44,620 bases of DNA from Bacilli bacterium (GCA_045111495.1 JBGUGI010000097.1:1-44620), one strand, 5' to 3'; positions 17,707-26,353 are shown, numbered from the stretch's first letter. Notes: generated by a model from the sequence alone, not told the origin. Made by a program: numbers and translations.

Positions 17707-19065
17707 TTAAATAGCGATTTTTAGTTTGAAGATATTATCTTCAGTTTCATAATGCATCTTGCCATCGTACTTCTTAACAATATAGGCAATCGACTTTGTA
17801 CCAAAACCATGGTATTTCTTATTTTCTTGTTTCGTAGTTTTGATTGATCCATCATTATTGAACGATAATTCTCCATGGTAGTAATTAGTTTCTTCGATCA
17901 TGAGTAAACCTTTTTTTCTAGAAGCAGTTAATGAGATAACGCGATGCTCTTTTTCTTCTATTGCTTCTGTCGCTTCAATCGCGTTATCAATGATATTTGT
18001 TAATAAGAAATAGACATCACTCGTAGCCATATCTTTAAAGGCATCACCATCCACGAGAGAAGTGAATTCAATACCAACTGAATTACAGTAGATGAGTTTA
18101 TCTTGTAATAAAGCATCGATATTAACACTGCCTGTTTTAACGGAACTATCATAGAAGTTAAGTGATTCTTCTAACAAACAGAAGTCTTCATCAGTTAGTT
18201 CGCCTTTTTTAGCTTTTAATCTTCTTAATTCTTTTCTTAAATCATGACATTTCATATTGATGAAATTAATGTTGTTTTCCATCATTTCTTGTTGTCTGAT
18301 TTTAGAATTAAGTGTCGCTTTAATGATCATTGTTTCTTGACGGTGTTCCACAACGCGGAAGCCACCCACGACAAGAACATCAAATAAGATACAGAAGATA
18401 ATTAATGTGGCCGCGAGGATGCCTCTTAGTTTTGTATCCCATGTAAGGTGTTGTGCGACGTACACGTTAGCGACGTTAACGACAAGGTAAACAACGATAC
18501 CTAAAGCGATAATCATTAATTTACCAATGATATATTTTGAATACTTAACGTAGTATCTAGCAATTAAGAAGTAGCAGGCCACAAACACTCCTGCCTTAAC
18601 AGTGTAGAGTATCGCATCATAAATAATGTTAAATCTCGAAACAATAACTTCAATTGCTTCTGACTCATTATATAAAGCTTGGAAAATCTTACCACTTAAG
18701 CCAGTATCTAAAACAAGCACACCTGTTTGATAAGCCATGTGTTGGAAGGTATACGCTACTGAAAGAAGAAGCATTAAGTTTAATGGTTTAATCTTATAGG
18801 CAAATAAGAATCCACCAAAAATAGTGAAGACGGGTATGGTATAAACCGCAATATTGAGGGCTTCATTCCATTGTTCTGGCTTCACAAAGTTATATAAACC
18901 GATGATATTAACAATCGCACCACTTGAGGCAATTAATAAACCAACAGGGATAGAGATATATGGTTTAAATCTAAAAGTAAGTCGATGCTTAATTAACATC
19001 ACACCGGCAATGATAATTTCGACTGTAAAAGAGATAAACATTGTAAGTAACGTCTTAAGATCCAT
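17707..19065 (-). CDS. Polytopic sensor histidine kinase, AgrC/HPK10-like (GHKL ATPase)
   Basis: Multi-TM N-terminus. H-box MKCHDLRKEL, N-box LLTNIIDNAIEA, G-box YHGFGTKSIAY. Confidence 0.85.
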   Translation of the reverse strand: MDLKTLLTMFISFTVEIIIAGVMLIKHRLTFRFKPYISIPVGLLIASSGAIVNIIGLYNFVKPEQWNEALNIAVYTIPVFTIFGGFLFAYKIKPLNLMLLLSVAYTFQHMAYQTGVLVLDTGLSGKIFQALYNESEAIEVIVSRFNIIYDAILYTVKAGVFVACYFLIARYYVKYSKYIIGKLMIIALGIVVYLVVNVANVYVAQHLTWDTKLRGILAATLIIFCILFDVLVVGGFRVVEHRQETMIIKATLNSKIRQQEMMENNINFINMKCHDLRKELRRLKAKKGELTDEDFCLLEESLNFYDSSVKTGSVNIDALLQDKLIYCNSVGIEFTSLVDGDAFKDMATSDVYFLLTNIIDNAIEATEAIEEKEHRVISLTASRKKGLLMIEETNYYHGELSFNNDGSIKTTKQENKKYHGFGTKSIAYIVKKYDGKMHYETEDNIFKLKIAI

Positions 19066-19068
19066 AAT

Positions 19069-19797
19069 TTAGTTACCTTCTTCCATAATGTACTTTTTAA
19101 AGCTTTCCATAAATCCCTTTTTCTTTGGATGCGATATAGCAATAATTTCATCATTTGCTAATTGAATGTCAAGTTTTTCCACGCGCTTAATTTTATGCGC
19201 ATTAACCAAATAACAAGAATTACATCTAATGAACCAATGCTTTTTAAGCTGTTCCTCATACTTCTTTAGAGTACCTGTTGTGGTAATCTCTTTATCTCCC
19301 GCTAAATGGAAGATGATATCGTGAGAAATAACTTCGACATACATAATGTCATTGGTTCCTATTTTGTTAAAGCCACCTTCATTAGGTATAACCACAAAGG
19401 CATCATTCTTTTTGCCTAATCTTTTCATCACTCTTTCAAGTCTTAAATAGAATGAAGCATAGGATAATGGTTTTAAAACGAAATCGATAGCGTCTACTTC
19501 GTAGCCATTAGTCGCGTATTTCGCTAAATTAGTCGCGAACATAATGACGACTTCTTCATCTTTTTCTCTAATCTTTCTTGCAACATCAATACCATTCATC
19601 GCTGATAAATTGATATCGAGAATAATGAAGTCATATTGGCTTTTAAAGCGCATCAAGAAAGCATCACCACTGGCAAATGTTTGAATATCAAAGGTGAGTT
19701 TTTTCTCTTTGCTATAACGATCTAATAATGAAAGACAGTTGTTTAAATCATCAGCGGAGTCTTCCACGACCGCGATTCTAATGTCTATTTCGCTCAT
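19069..19797 (-). CDS. LytTR-family response regulator
   Basis: The receiver domain carries ILDINLSAMNG. The LytTR part carries IMYVEVISHDIIF and FIRCNSCYLVNAHKIKRV. The kinase gene follows after 3 nt. Confidence 0.9.
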   Translation of the reverse strand: MSEIDIRIAVVEDSADDLNNCLSLLDRYSKEKKLTFDIQTFASGDAFLMRFKSQYDFIILDINLSAMNGIDVARKIREKDEEVVIMFATNLAKYATNGYEVDAIDFVLKPLSYASFYLRLERVMKRLGKKNDAFVVIPNEGGFNKIGTNDIMYVEVISHDIIFHLAGDKEITTTGTLKKYEEQLKKHWFIRCNSCYLVNAHKIKRVEKLDIQLANDEIIAISHPKKKGFMESFKKYIMEEGN

Positions 19798-19804
19798 TAA
19801 TTGA

Positions 19805-19813
19805 ATTATACCA
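19805..19813 (-). promoter_or_regulatory. Extended -10 promoter (TGgTATAAT) positioned for a leaderless transcript of the response-regulator gene
   Basis: Minus strand reads TGGTATAAT-tcaatta-ATG. Only 7 nt separate the -10 from the start codon, and no Shine-Dalgarno is present. Confidence 0.5.
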
Positions 19814-19827
19814 TTAAGGTAGCTCTA

Positions 19828-19873
19828 AGAAAATAATGAACCCCATATCCGCGTACGGACAGGGGTTCATTTT
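19828..19873 (-). terminator. Intrinsic terminator after GH3 paralog 1
   Basis: ATGAACCCC ... GGGGTTCAT (9 bp) with an inner TCCG-tacg-CGGA stem, followed by TATTTTCTT. Confidence 0.75.
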
Positions 19874-19884
19874 AGATGTTTGTA

Positions 19885-22800
19885 TTAGTGACCGTCAGCC
19901 GCTTTTTTGACTTCTGGGATGCCAACAGCAGCGTAGTCTTCAGCGTTCCACACGTTATTGGAATGAGCACAGGCATAAAGAATATTCTTTGCCGCTCTTC
20001 TGATATAGATTGGACCATCATGTGGAAGTGATGTACGTAATTTGCTTGGCTTGTTATCATTGCTTAATTGGCTTGGTGTTAACCATAAGTCATTACCAGC
20101 AACTAAACCAATGTTTGTGGCCATGTAGCTAGAGCCAGCGTAGTCAGTAACGACGACACCATGGAAGCCCCATTCTTCTCTTAAGAGAGTGGTTAATAAG
20201 GCTTGATTACCACCAGCCCACCAGGAACCAACACAGTTGAAGGAGGACATAATGCCAATGCCACCTAAATCAACATAGAGTTCGAAGCCACGAGCGTAGA
20301 TTTCTCTAATAGCTTGTTCAGTAGCCCAACAGAAGACACCACTACGATTTCTTTCTTGTTCGTTTAATAAGAAGTGCTTAGCGTAGGTATAAACACCATA
20401 CTTCATACTACCTTGAGCGGTATGACCAGCCATTTGACCAGCGATGAGCGGATCTTCTGAATAGTATTCGAAGTTTCTACCACCGAATGGAGAACGGTGA
20501 GTGTTGATACCAGGAGCGTACCAGCCAGTTAAACCACGGGCCGCGCCTTCTCTACCAATGGATTCACCCATAATTCTAGCGACATCTGTTGACCAAGAGC
20601 AGGCAACGACGACTTCACTTGGGTGACCTGTACCAGAGTGGAATGCCGCACTTGGACCATCATAGTCGACAGTTTGTGTTTTGCCGATACTTGTCACAGC
20701 AGCGGTTTGGAAACCACCGTATTCAATGAGTTTTTCCATATCGCCATAAGACATTTGACTTAATAAGGATTCCCAACGTGGATCATCCCAATCAGCGTCT
20801 TTGAGGTCTCTAAGAGTTAAATTACCAGCAACTTCTTGTGGTTTCACTTCTTCATCAATTTGATTATCTGTGAGTGTGAAAGAACTTGGAACAGAGTTGT
20901 TACTTGGACCACCTGGGAAGTGCGCTTTATCTGGATTGGATGCTAATGGGATATCGGCTTTATTTTGCCATGTATCTTCAAAATTGGATCTAGATAAATA
21001 TGTGTTCTTTTCGACACCACCACCGAATTCAGCATCTTGGAAGATGTTTTTGTATTCTTTACCTGTTTGATAAGATGTTTTGAATTCAACATCTTCTTCA
21101 AGAGTTAATGTTTTGGTGTTTTCTCTATTCTTGACTTCGGTTTCAGCAAGATCCCAAACGTTTTCTCTAATAGAGAATTCATAGTCACCTTTTTCTAAGA
21201 CATAGTAACCTTTTTGGGTTGACCAAGAAGCGATATCACGATAGTTAAATTCTAACTTATAAGCCTTTGTATCGCCTGGTTCAATGAGGTTTGTCTTTTG
21301 GAAGGCTGTTAATGTGTAATAAGATTTTTCAATACCGCCTTTTGTATATGGAGCGTGGGTATAGAGTTGGATAACATCTTTACCAGCGACTTTACCGGTG
21401 TTTTTGACTTCAACAGTGACTTCAACTTTTTGATTTTCTTTATCAACTTTATATTCAGCGATGGATTTATCAAATGTTGTATAGGATAAACCATGACCGA
21501 AAGAGAATTGGACTTCATCATCATAATCGATGAATCCTTCTTTAGCGGCAGTTACATAGTATCTGTAGCCAACGTAAATGCCTTCAATATAATTGGTGAA
21601 GTATGCATTATTAGCGGCACCAGAAGTGTATCTGAGTGTTGTATCATTACCAAAGTTTTGGTAAGATGGCGCACTCTTCACATCATATGGCCATGTATCC
21701 ACTAAGTGGCCTGATGGGTTAACAACACCAGCAAGGATTTCAGCGATTGCTTTTGTACCGGTTAAACCTGGGTGACCCATAAAGATAGCAGCGTCGATTT
21801 CTGGATCATCTAAGAATTCAGATTCGATAACTGTTGGGACGTTTAATAAGATAATGACTTTTTCAAAGTTTTCTTCAAGCATATCGATGGCAGCGATTTC
21901 ATTTGCTTTGAGTTGTAAATCGCCAATCTTCATATCTTCGTCTTCACTACCACGTCTGGTAATACAGAAAATAGCAGTGTCAGAGAATGCTTTAGCGTCT
22001 TCTAATAAGGTCTTACCACCTAATTCATCAAATGCTTTTTCATAAGCACTAACTGGTGGTTCGTAGTCGTATGGGGCTTTACTATCAACGATTTCTGGAT
22101 AGTTATATTTGTTAAAGCCACATTTGATGTCATAGTTACTAGGGGCAACAGAAATTGTTTTCTTATTGCTTTCATAGTAGTTCTTGATCATGTTGAAGAT
22201 GTTTTCATTGATCTCGAAACCTTGATCCTTCATAGCTTGTTCAAATTTCAAAGCGTTTCTTTTGAATCCATCAACACGACCATCAGTTTGGAAGGAACCA
22301 GAACCACCATTACCATAGAATAAACCGAAAGCACATGAACCAAAGATGTTCACTTTCTTATTTTGTTCTAAATTAAGTGGTAACGCGTTTCCTTTATTCT
22401 TTAAAAGAACTGTACCTTCTTCTTGAATAGTAACAACGTTATTTTCTGCTTCTTTAGCGGCTTGTCTTGATGTTTCAGTGTCGATGATGTCAACATGACT
22501 ACCACGTAATGTGAACATTAAGTTAGCAAACGCTGCGGTTGGTAAGAACGAAGCGATTGGGGCAACGATAATGGCTGCAACGCAGACAACTGGAATTAAC
22601 CAGCGTTTCATTCTGTGCCATCTAATGACGTTCTTAACTGGAGCAGATGATGCTTTAATAGCGGCTGCTTTTTCAGCTTTTGGAGCGTTTTTATAATTAT
22701 CGAAAGCTTCTTGATCGCCTTCTTTGAATTTCATTTTACCAAAGACATGTTTGAGTAAAACGAATGCTCCAACGAGTCCTGCAGCTGCAACGATAAGGAT

Positions 22801-22899
22801 GATTAAGCCAATCCACCAATACTCAAGGATATTACCCCAAGTATAGCCAGCGGCAACTTCCTTATCTAAGAAGGACTCTAAGATAGGTAAATTAAACAT
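19885..22899 (-). CDS. Membrane-anchored GH3 glycosidase with inverted domain order (paralog 1)
   Basis: Two N-terminal TM helices (WWIGLIILIVAAAGLVGAFVLL and WLIPVVCVAAIIVAPIASFLPTAAFA) are separated by a Lys-rich loop. VLLKNKGNALPL and FSFGHGLSYTTF/VIQLYTH come before GINTHRSPFGGRNFEYYSEDPLIAG, KHFLLNEQERNR and VVVTDYAGS. AAAGGAG Shine-Dalgarno. Confidence 0.88.
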   Translation of the reverse strand: MFNLPILESFLDKEVAAGYTWGNILEYWWIGLIILIVAAAGLVGAFVLLKHVFGKMKFKEGDQEAFDNYKNAPKAEKAAAIKASSAPVKNVIRWHRMKRWLIPVVCVAAIIVAPIASFLPTAAFANLMFTLRGSHVDIIDTETSRQAAKEAENNVVTIQEEGTVLLKNKGNALPLNLEQNKKVNIFGSCAFGLFYGNGGSGSFQTDGRVDGFKRNALKFEQAMKDQGFEINENIFNMIKNYYESNKKTISVAPSNYDIKCGFNKYNYPEIVDSKAPYDYEPPVSAYEKAFDELGGKTLLEDAKAFSDTAIFCITRRGSEDEDMKIGDLQLKANEIAAIDMLEENFEKVIILLNVPTVIESEFLDDPEIDAAIFMGHPGLTGTKAIAEILAGVVNPSGHLVDTWPYDVKSAPSYQNFGNDTTLRYTSGAANNAYFTNYIEGIYVGYRYYVTAAKEGFIDYDDEVQFSFGHGLSYTTFDKSIAEYKVDKENQKVEVTVEVKNTGKVAGKDVIQLYTHAPYTKGGIEKSYYTLTAFQKTNLIEPGDTKAYKLEFNYRDIASWSTQKGYYVLEKGDYEFSIRENVWDLAETEVKNRENTKTLTLEEDVEFKTSYQTGKEYKNIFQDAEFGGGVEKNTYLSRSNFEDTWQNKADIPLASNPDKAHFPGGPSNNSVPSSFTLTDNQIDEEVKPQEVAGNLTLRDLKDADWDDPRWESLLSQMSYGDMEKLIEYGGFQTAAVTSIGKTQTVDYDGPSAAFHSGTGHPSEVVVACSWSTDVARIMGESIGREGAARGLTGWYAPGINTHRSPFGGRNFEYYSEDPLIAGQMAGHTAQGSMKYGVYTYAKHFLLNEQERNRSGVFCWATEQAIREIYARGFELYVDLGGIGIMSSFNCVGSWWAGGNQALLTTLLREEWGFHGVVVTDYAGSSYMATNIGLVAGNDLWLTPSQLSNDNKPSKLRTSLPHDGPIYIRRAAKNILYACAHSNNVWNAEDYAAVGIPEVKKAADGH

Positions 22900-23068
22900 A
22901 AATATACTCCTTTTTAACTATTTATGAGTTGCCAAAACATAGAAAAGTTAGTAAAAACCAACAGCTATGTTTGACGAATGCGATATTACTATAAACAATC
23001 AAAAATTAGTGATGTGTATAAAAAACGTAACATTACATTTTCTTAGCATAAACTTGCATTGGAGCATC

Positions 23069-23097
23069 AAAAAAGGCCCCTCTAAACTAGAAGGACC
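23069..23097 (-). terminator. Intrinsic terminator after GH3 paralog 2
   Basis: Minus strand reads GGTCCTTCT-agttt-AGAGGGGCC (9 bp including 2 G-U), followed by T6. Confidence 0.65.
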
Positions 23098-23121
23098 TTG
23101 ATTGTTATTTGATGTTTAAGA

Positions 23122-26100
23122 CTAGTGACCGTCAGCAGCTTTCTTAATTTCTGGGATACCCACTGCAGCGTAGTCTTCTTCTGTCCAAACGTTATTGGAA
23201 TGCGCGCAGGCATAGAGAATATTCTTAGCCGCTCTTCTTTCGATGATTGCGCCATCATGTGGACATTGTGAACGGACTCTGCTTGGTTTTAAGTTATTAC
23301 TTAATTGACTTGGTGTTAACCACATATCATTACCAGCTCTTAAACCAATACTTGTGGCCATGTAATCACTACCAGCATAGTCGGTAACGACGACACCATG
23401 GAAGCCCCATTCTTCTCTTAAGAGAGTTGTTAAGGCAGCTTCACTACCACCACACCACCATGAGCCGATGCAGTTATAAGCGGACATGATACCAATACCA
23501 CCTAAATCAACATAGAGTTCAAAGCCACGAGCGTAGATTTCTCTAAGTGCTTGTTCGCTTGCCCAAACAAAGACACCAGCACGGTTATTTTCTTGGTCAT
23601 TGCAGAAGAAGTGTTTTGCGTATGTATAAACACCATACTTAGACATACCTTGAGCGGTATTACCGGCCATTAAGCCAGAGATTAATGGATCTTCTGAATA
23701 GTATTCGAAGTTACGACCACCGAATGGTGAACGGTGAGTATTGATACCAGGAGCATACCAACCGGTTAAGCCACGGGAGGCACCTTCACGACCAATGGAT
23801 TCGCCCATCAATCTCGCGACATCTGTGGACCAGGAACAACCAACGATAACTTCACTTGGGTGACCTGTGCCAGAGTGGAACGCTGCACTTGGACCATCGT
23901 AGTCAACTGTTTGACCTTTATCAATACTTGTAACGGAAGCAGTTTGGAAGCCACCATATTCGATAAGTTTTTCCATATCGGCATATGATAATTGACTTAA
24001 CAAGTCTTCCCAACGTGGATCATCCCAAGCCGCATCTTTAAGGTCTCTAAGAGTTAAATCACCAGCGACATCTTGTGGTTTGACTTCTTCGTCAATTTGA
24101 TTGTCAGTAAATGTGAAGGAAGAAGAACCTGTAGAGTTACTTGGACCACCTGGGAAATGTGCTTTATCTGGATTAGAGGCTAATGGGATATCGGCTTTAT
24201 TTTGCCATGTGCCATCAAAGTCGGCTCTGGATAAATATGTGTTCTTTTCCACGCCACCACCGAATTCGACATCTTGGAAGATGTTAGCGTATTCTTTACC
24301 TGTTTGATAAGAGGTCTTGAATTCAACATCATCTTTTAATGTATATGTCTTTGTATTTTCTCTACCATTAACTTCAGTCACAGCGAGATCCCAAACGTTT
24401 TCTCTGATAGAGAATTCGTAGTCACCTTTTTCTAAGACGTAGTAGCCTTTTTGGGTTGACCAAGAGGCCATATCTCTAAAGCTGAATTCTAATTTATATG
24501 CTTTTTCATCACCTGGTTCGATGATGTTTGTTTTTTGGAAAGCAGTTAATGCGTAATATGATTTTTCAACGCCACCTGGTGTATATGGAGCATGTGTATA
24601 GAGTTGAATAACGTCTTTACCAGCGACTTTACCAGTGTTTTTAACCACGACTGTAACTTCAACTTTTTGTTCTTTTTCGTTCACTTTGAATTCAGCGATG
24701 GATTTATCAAATTTTGTATAAGATAAACCATGACCAAATGAGTATTGAACTTCTTCGTCGTAATCAATAAAGCCTTCTTTAGCAGCGGTTACATAATATC
24801 TATAACCAACATAAATACCTTCAACATAGTTAGTGAATTTGGCTCTATTAGCCGCACCAGAAGTATATGTTAATGTGGTGTCGTTACCAAAGCATTGGTA
24901 AGATGGAGCGCTCTTCACGCTATATGGCCATGTATCCACTAAGTGACCTGATGGATTAACTTTACCAGAGAGGATTTCAGCAATCGCTTTGGTACCTGTT
25001 AAACCTGGATGACCGATATAAAGAGCTGCGCTAATCGCATCATCATCTAAGAATTCGGATTCGATAACTGTTGGAACGTTAAGTAAGATAATAACTTTGC
25101 TAAAGTTCTCTTCGAGCATGTTGATAGCAGCTTGTTCAGCGGCATATAACTTAAGTTCGTTATATTTCATATCCGCACTTTCTGTACCATGTCTTGTAAT
25201 GGCAAAGATTGCAGTGTCGGAGAATTCTTTTGCGTCTTCTAATGCAGTTTTACCACCTAGTGCGTCAAAGGCGGTTTCGTATGCAGAGACAGGTAATTCG
25301 TAATCAATTGGGTCAAGAGTTGCACCATAACCACTTGGAACAACTTCTGGATAACCGAATGTATTAATGCCACAGAAGATTTTATAATCACTTTCCGCGA
25401 CAGAAACTTTCTTTCCGTTATAGTAGTTCTTCACTAAATTGAAGAGGTTGTTATTAATTTCAAAACCTTCTTCCACTAAAGCTTCTTCTAATTTAGTTGC
25501 AGTTCTTTCAAAACCATCAACGCAACCATTAGTTTGGAATGCACCAGAACCACCATTATTGAAGAATAAGCCATAAGCACAAGAACCAAAGATGTTAACT
25601 TTCTTATTTGTTTCAAGGTTTAATGGTAAGGCATTATCTTTGTTCTTTAAAAGAACTGTGCCTTCTTCTTGAATGACGACAACGTTCTTTTCGGCTTCCT
25701 TAGCGGCTTGTCTTGATGTTTCAGTGTCGATAATTTTAACTGGGCTACCGAATGCGGTAAACATCAAGTTAGCAAATGCAGCTGTTGGTAAGAATGAGGC
25801 GATTGGGGCAATAACGATTGCCGCGACACAGACAACAGGAATGAACCACGCTCTCATGCTACGCCAAATAATGACATTCTTAGCAGCCCCTTTTGCTGCT
25901 TTTTTAACAACCTTTTTCTCTCCTTTTGGAGCATTAGAATAGTTGTCTACAACTTCTTGATCGCCCTCTTTGAATTTCATGCGACCGAAGACGTGCGCTA
26001 GCAAGACATAGGTAGCAACTCCACCTACTGCAAGCACTATGATGATGATTAAACCAACCCACCAATACTCAAGGATATTGCCCCAAGTATAGCCGGCGGT

Positions 26101-26145
26101 TACTTCCTTATCTAAGAAAGATTCTAAGATAGGTAAATTAAACAT
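23122..26145 (-). CDS. Membrane-anchored GH3 glycosidase with inverted domain order (paralog 2)
   Basis: Collinear with paralog 1 from MFNLPILESFLDKEV to KKAADGH. I place the start at 26145 rather than the ORF-track 26166, because it matches the paralog N-terminus and the extra codons spell the Shine-Dalgarno AAAGGAG 9 nt upstream. Confidence 0.88.
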   Translation of the reverse strand: MFNLPILESFLDKEVTAGYTWGNILEYWWVGLIIIIVLAVGGVATYVLLAHVFGRMKFKEGDQEVVDNYSNAPKGEKKVVKKAAKGAAKNVIIWRSMRAWFIPVVCVAAIVIAPIASFLPTAAFANLMFTAFGSPVKIIDTETSRQAAKEAEKNVVVIQEEGTVLLKNKDNALPLNLETNKKVNIFGSCAYGLFFNNGGSGAFQTNGCVDGFERTATKLEEALVEEGFEINNNLFNLVKNYYNGKKVSVAESDYKIFCGINTFGYPEVVPSGYGATLDPIDYELPVSAYETAFDALGGKTALEDAKEFSDTAIFAITRHGTESADMKYNELKLYAAEQAAINMLEENFSKVIILLNVPTVIESEFLDDDAISAALYIGHPGLTGTKAIAEILSGKVNPSGHLVDTWPYSVKSAPSYQCFGNDTTLTYTSGAANRAKFTNYVEGIYVGYRYYVTAAKEGFIDYDEEVQYSFGHGLSYTKFDKSIAEFKVNEKEQKVEVTVVVKNTGKVAGKDVIQLYTHAPYTPGGVEKSYYALTAFQKTNIIEPGDEKAYKLEFSFRDMASWSTQKGYYVLEKGDYEFSIRENVWDLAVTEVNGRENTKTYTLKDDVEFKTSYQTGKEYANIFQDVEFGGGVEKNTYLSRADFDGTWQNKADIPLASNPDKAHFPGGPSNSTGSSSFTFTDNQIDEEVKPQDVAGDLTLRDLKDAAWDDPRWEDLLSQLSYADMEKLIEYGGFQTASVTSIDKGQTVDYDGPSAAFHSGTGHPSEVIVGCSWSTDVARLMGESIGREGASRGLTGWYAPGINTHRSPFGGRNFEYYSEDPLISGLMAGNTAQGMSKYGVYTYAKHFFCNDQENNRAGVFVWASEQALREIYARGFELYVDLGGIGIMSAYNCIGSWWCGGSEAALTTLLREEWGFHGVVVTDYAGSDYMATSIGLRAGNDMWLTPSQLSNNLKPSRVRSQCPHDGAIIERRAAKNILYACAHSNNVWTEEDYAAVGIPEIKKAADGH

Positions 26146-26303
26146 AGCAAAAAACTCCTTTCTCATAACTATGTAAGTTTGTTGAACATGAAAAATATTA
26201 TTTCAGCTAGATTTCCATGTTTAACGCATGCGCTTACAATATACCAAGCGTGCAAATAATACGCAAATAATTATTAGTAAACATCGATAAAAATTGCATA
26301 AAC

Positions 26304-26328
26304 AAAAAAGTCTGATTGTCTCAGACCT
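26304..26328 (-). terminator. Intrinsic terminator after htpG
   Basis: Minus strand reads GTCTGA-gacaa-TCAGAC, followed by T6. Confidence 0.7.
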
Positions 26329-26353
26329 TTTCGTGTGGAGGAGAAACTTTCCA

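Larger units (their letters stand above)
19885..26303 (-). repeat. Tandem duplication (unit ~3.24 kb) of the permuted GH3 gene together with ~155 nt of its promoter/leader
   Basis: The proteins are collinear and roughly 75-85% identical by eye. The upstream regions align without gaps over 87 nt, from GTTTATGC (23046-23053 and 26296-26303) to AAACAT, including an aligned -10 (TATAGT / TATATT). Confidence 0.85.

Noticed and set aside
11035-19884. Search for an AgrD-like pheromone peptide, AgrB or a bacteriocin-type exporter near either HPK10/LytTR pair
   Set aside because: No unannotated minus-strand or plus-strand small ORF with a Shine-Dalgarno exists in the short intergenic regions flanking the two systems. 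All neighbouring genes are lipoproteins or GH3 enzymes.
3044-26145. The possibility that the glycan island is a mobile or integrative element
   Set aside because: I found no integrase, transposase, recombinase, tRNA attachment site or flanking direct or inverted repeats. Codon style looks the same as in the flanking housekeeping genes by eye.
26146-26166. Seven extra N-terminal codons (MRKEFFA) on GH3 paralog 2 in the ORF track
   Set aside because: The extension spells the Shine-Dalgarno AAAGGAG for the ATG at 26145, and the paralog at 22899 starts exactly at the equivalent MFNLPILE.
26252-26271. Direct repeat GCAAATAAT-AC-GCAAATAAT upstream of GH3 paralog 2, considered as a possible LytTR binding site
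   Set aside because: The period is 11 nt rather than the ~21 nt typical of LytTR sites. The aligned position in the paralogous promoter (upstream of 22899) has no such repeat. It more likely just provides a TTGCGT -35-like hexamer.
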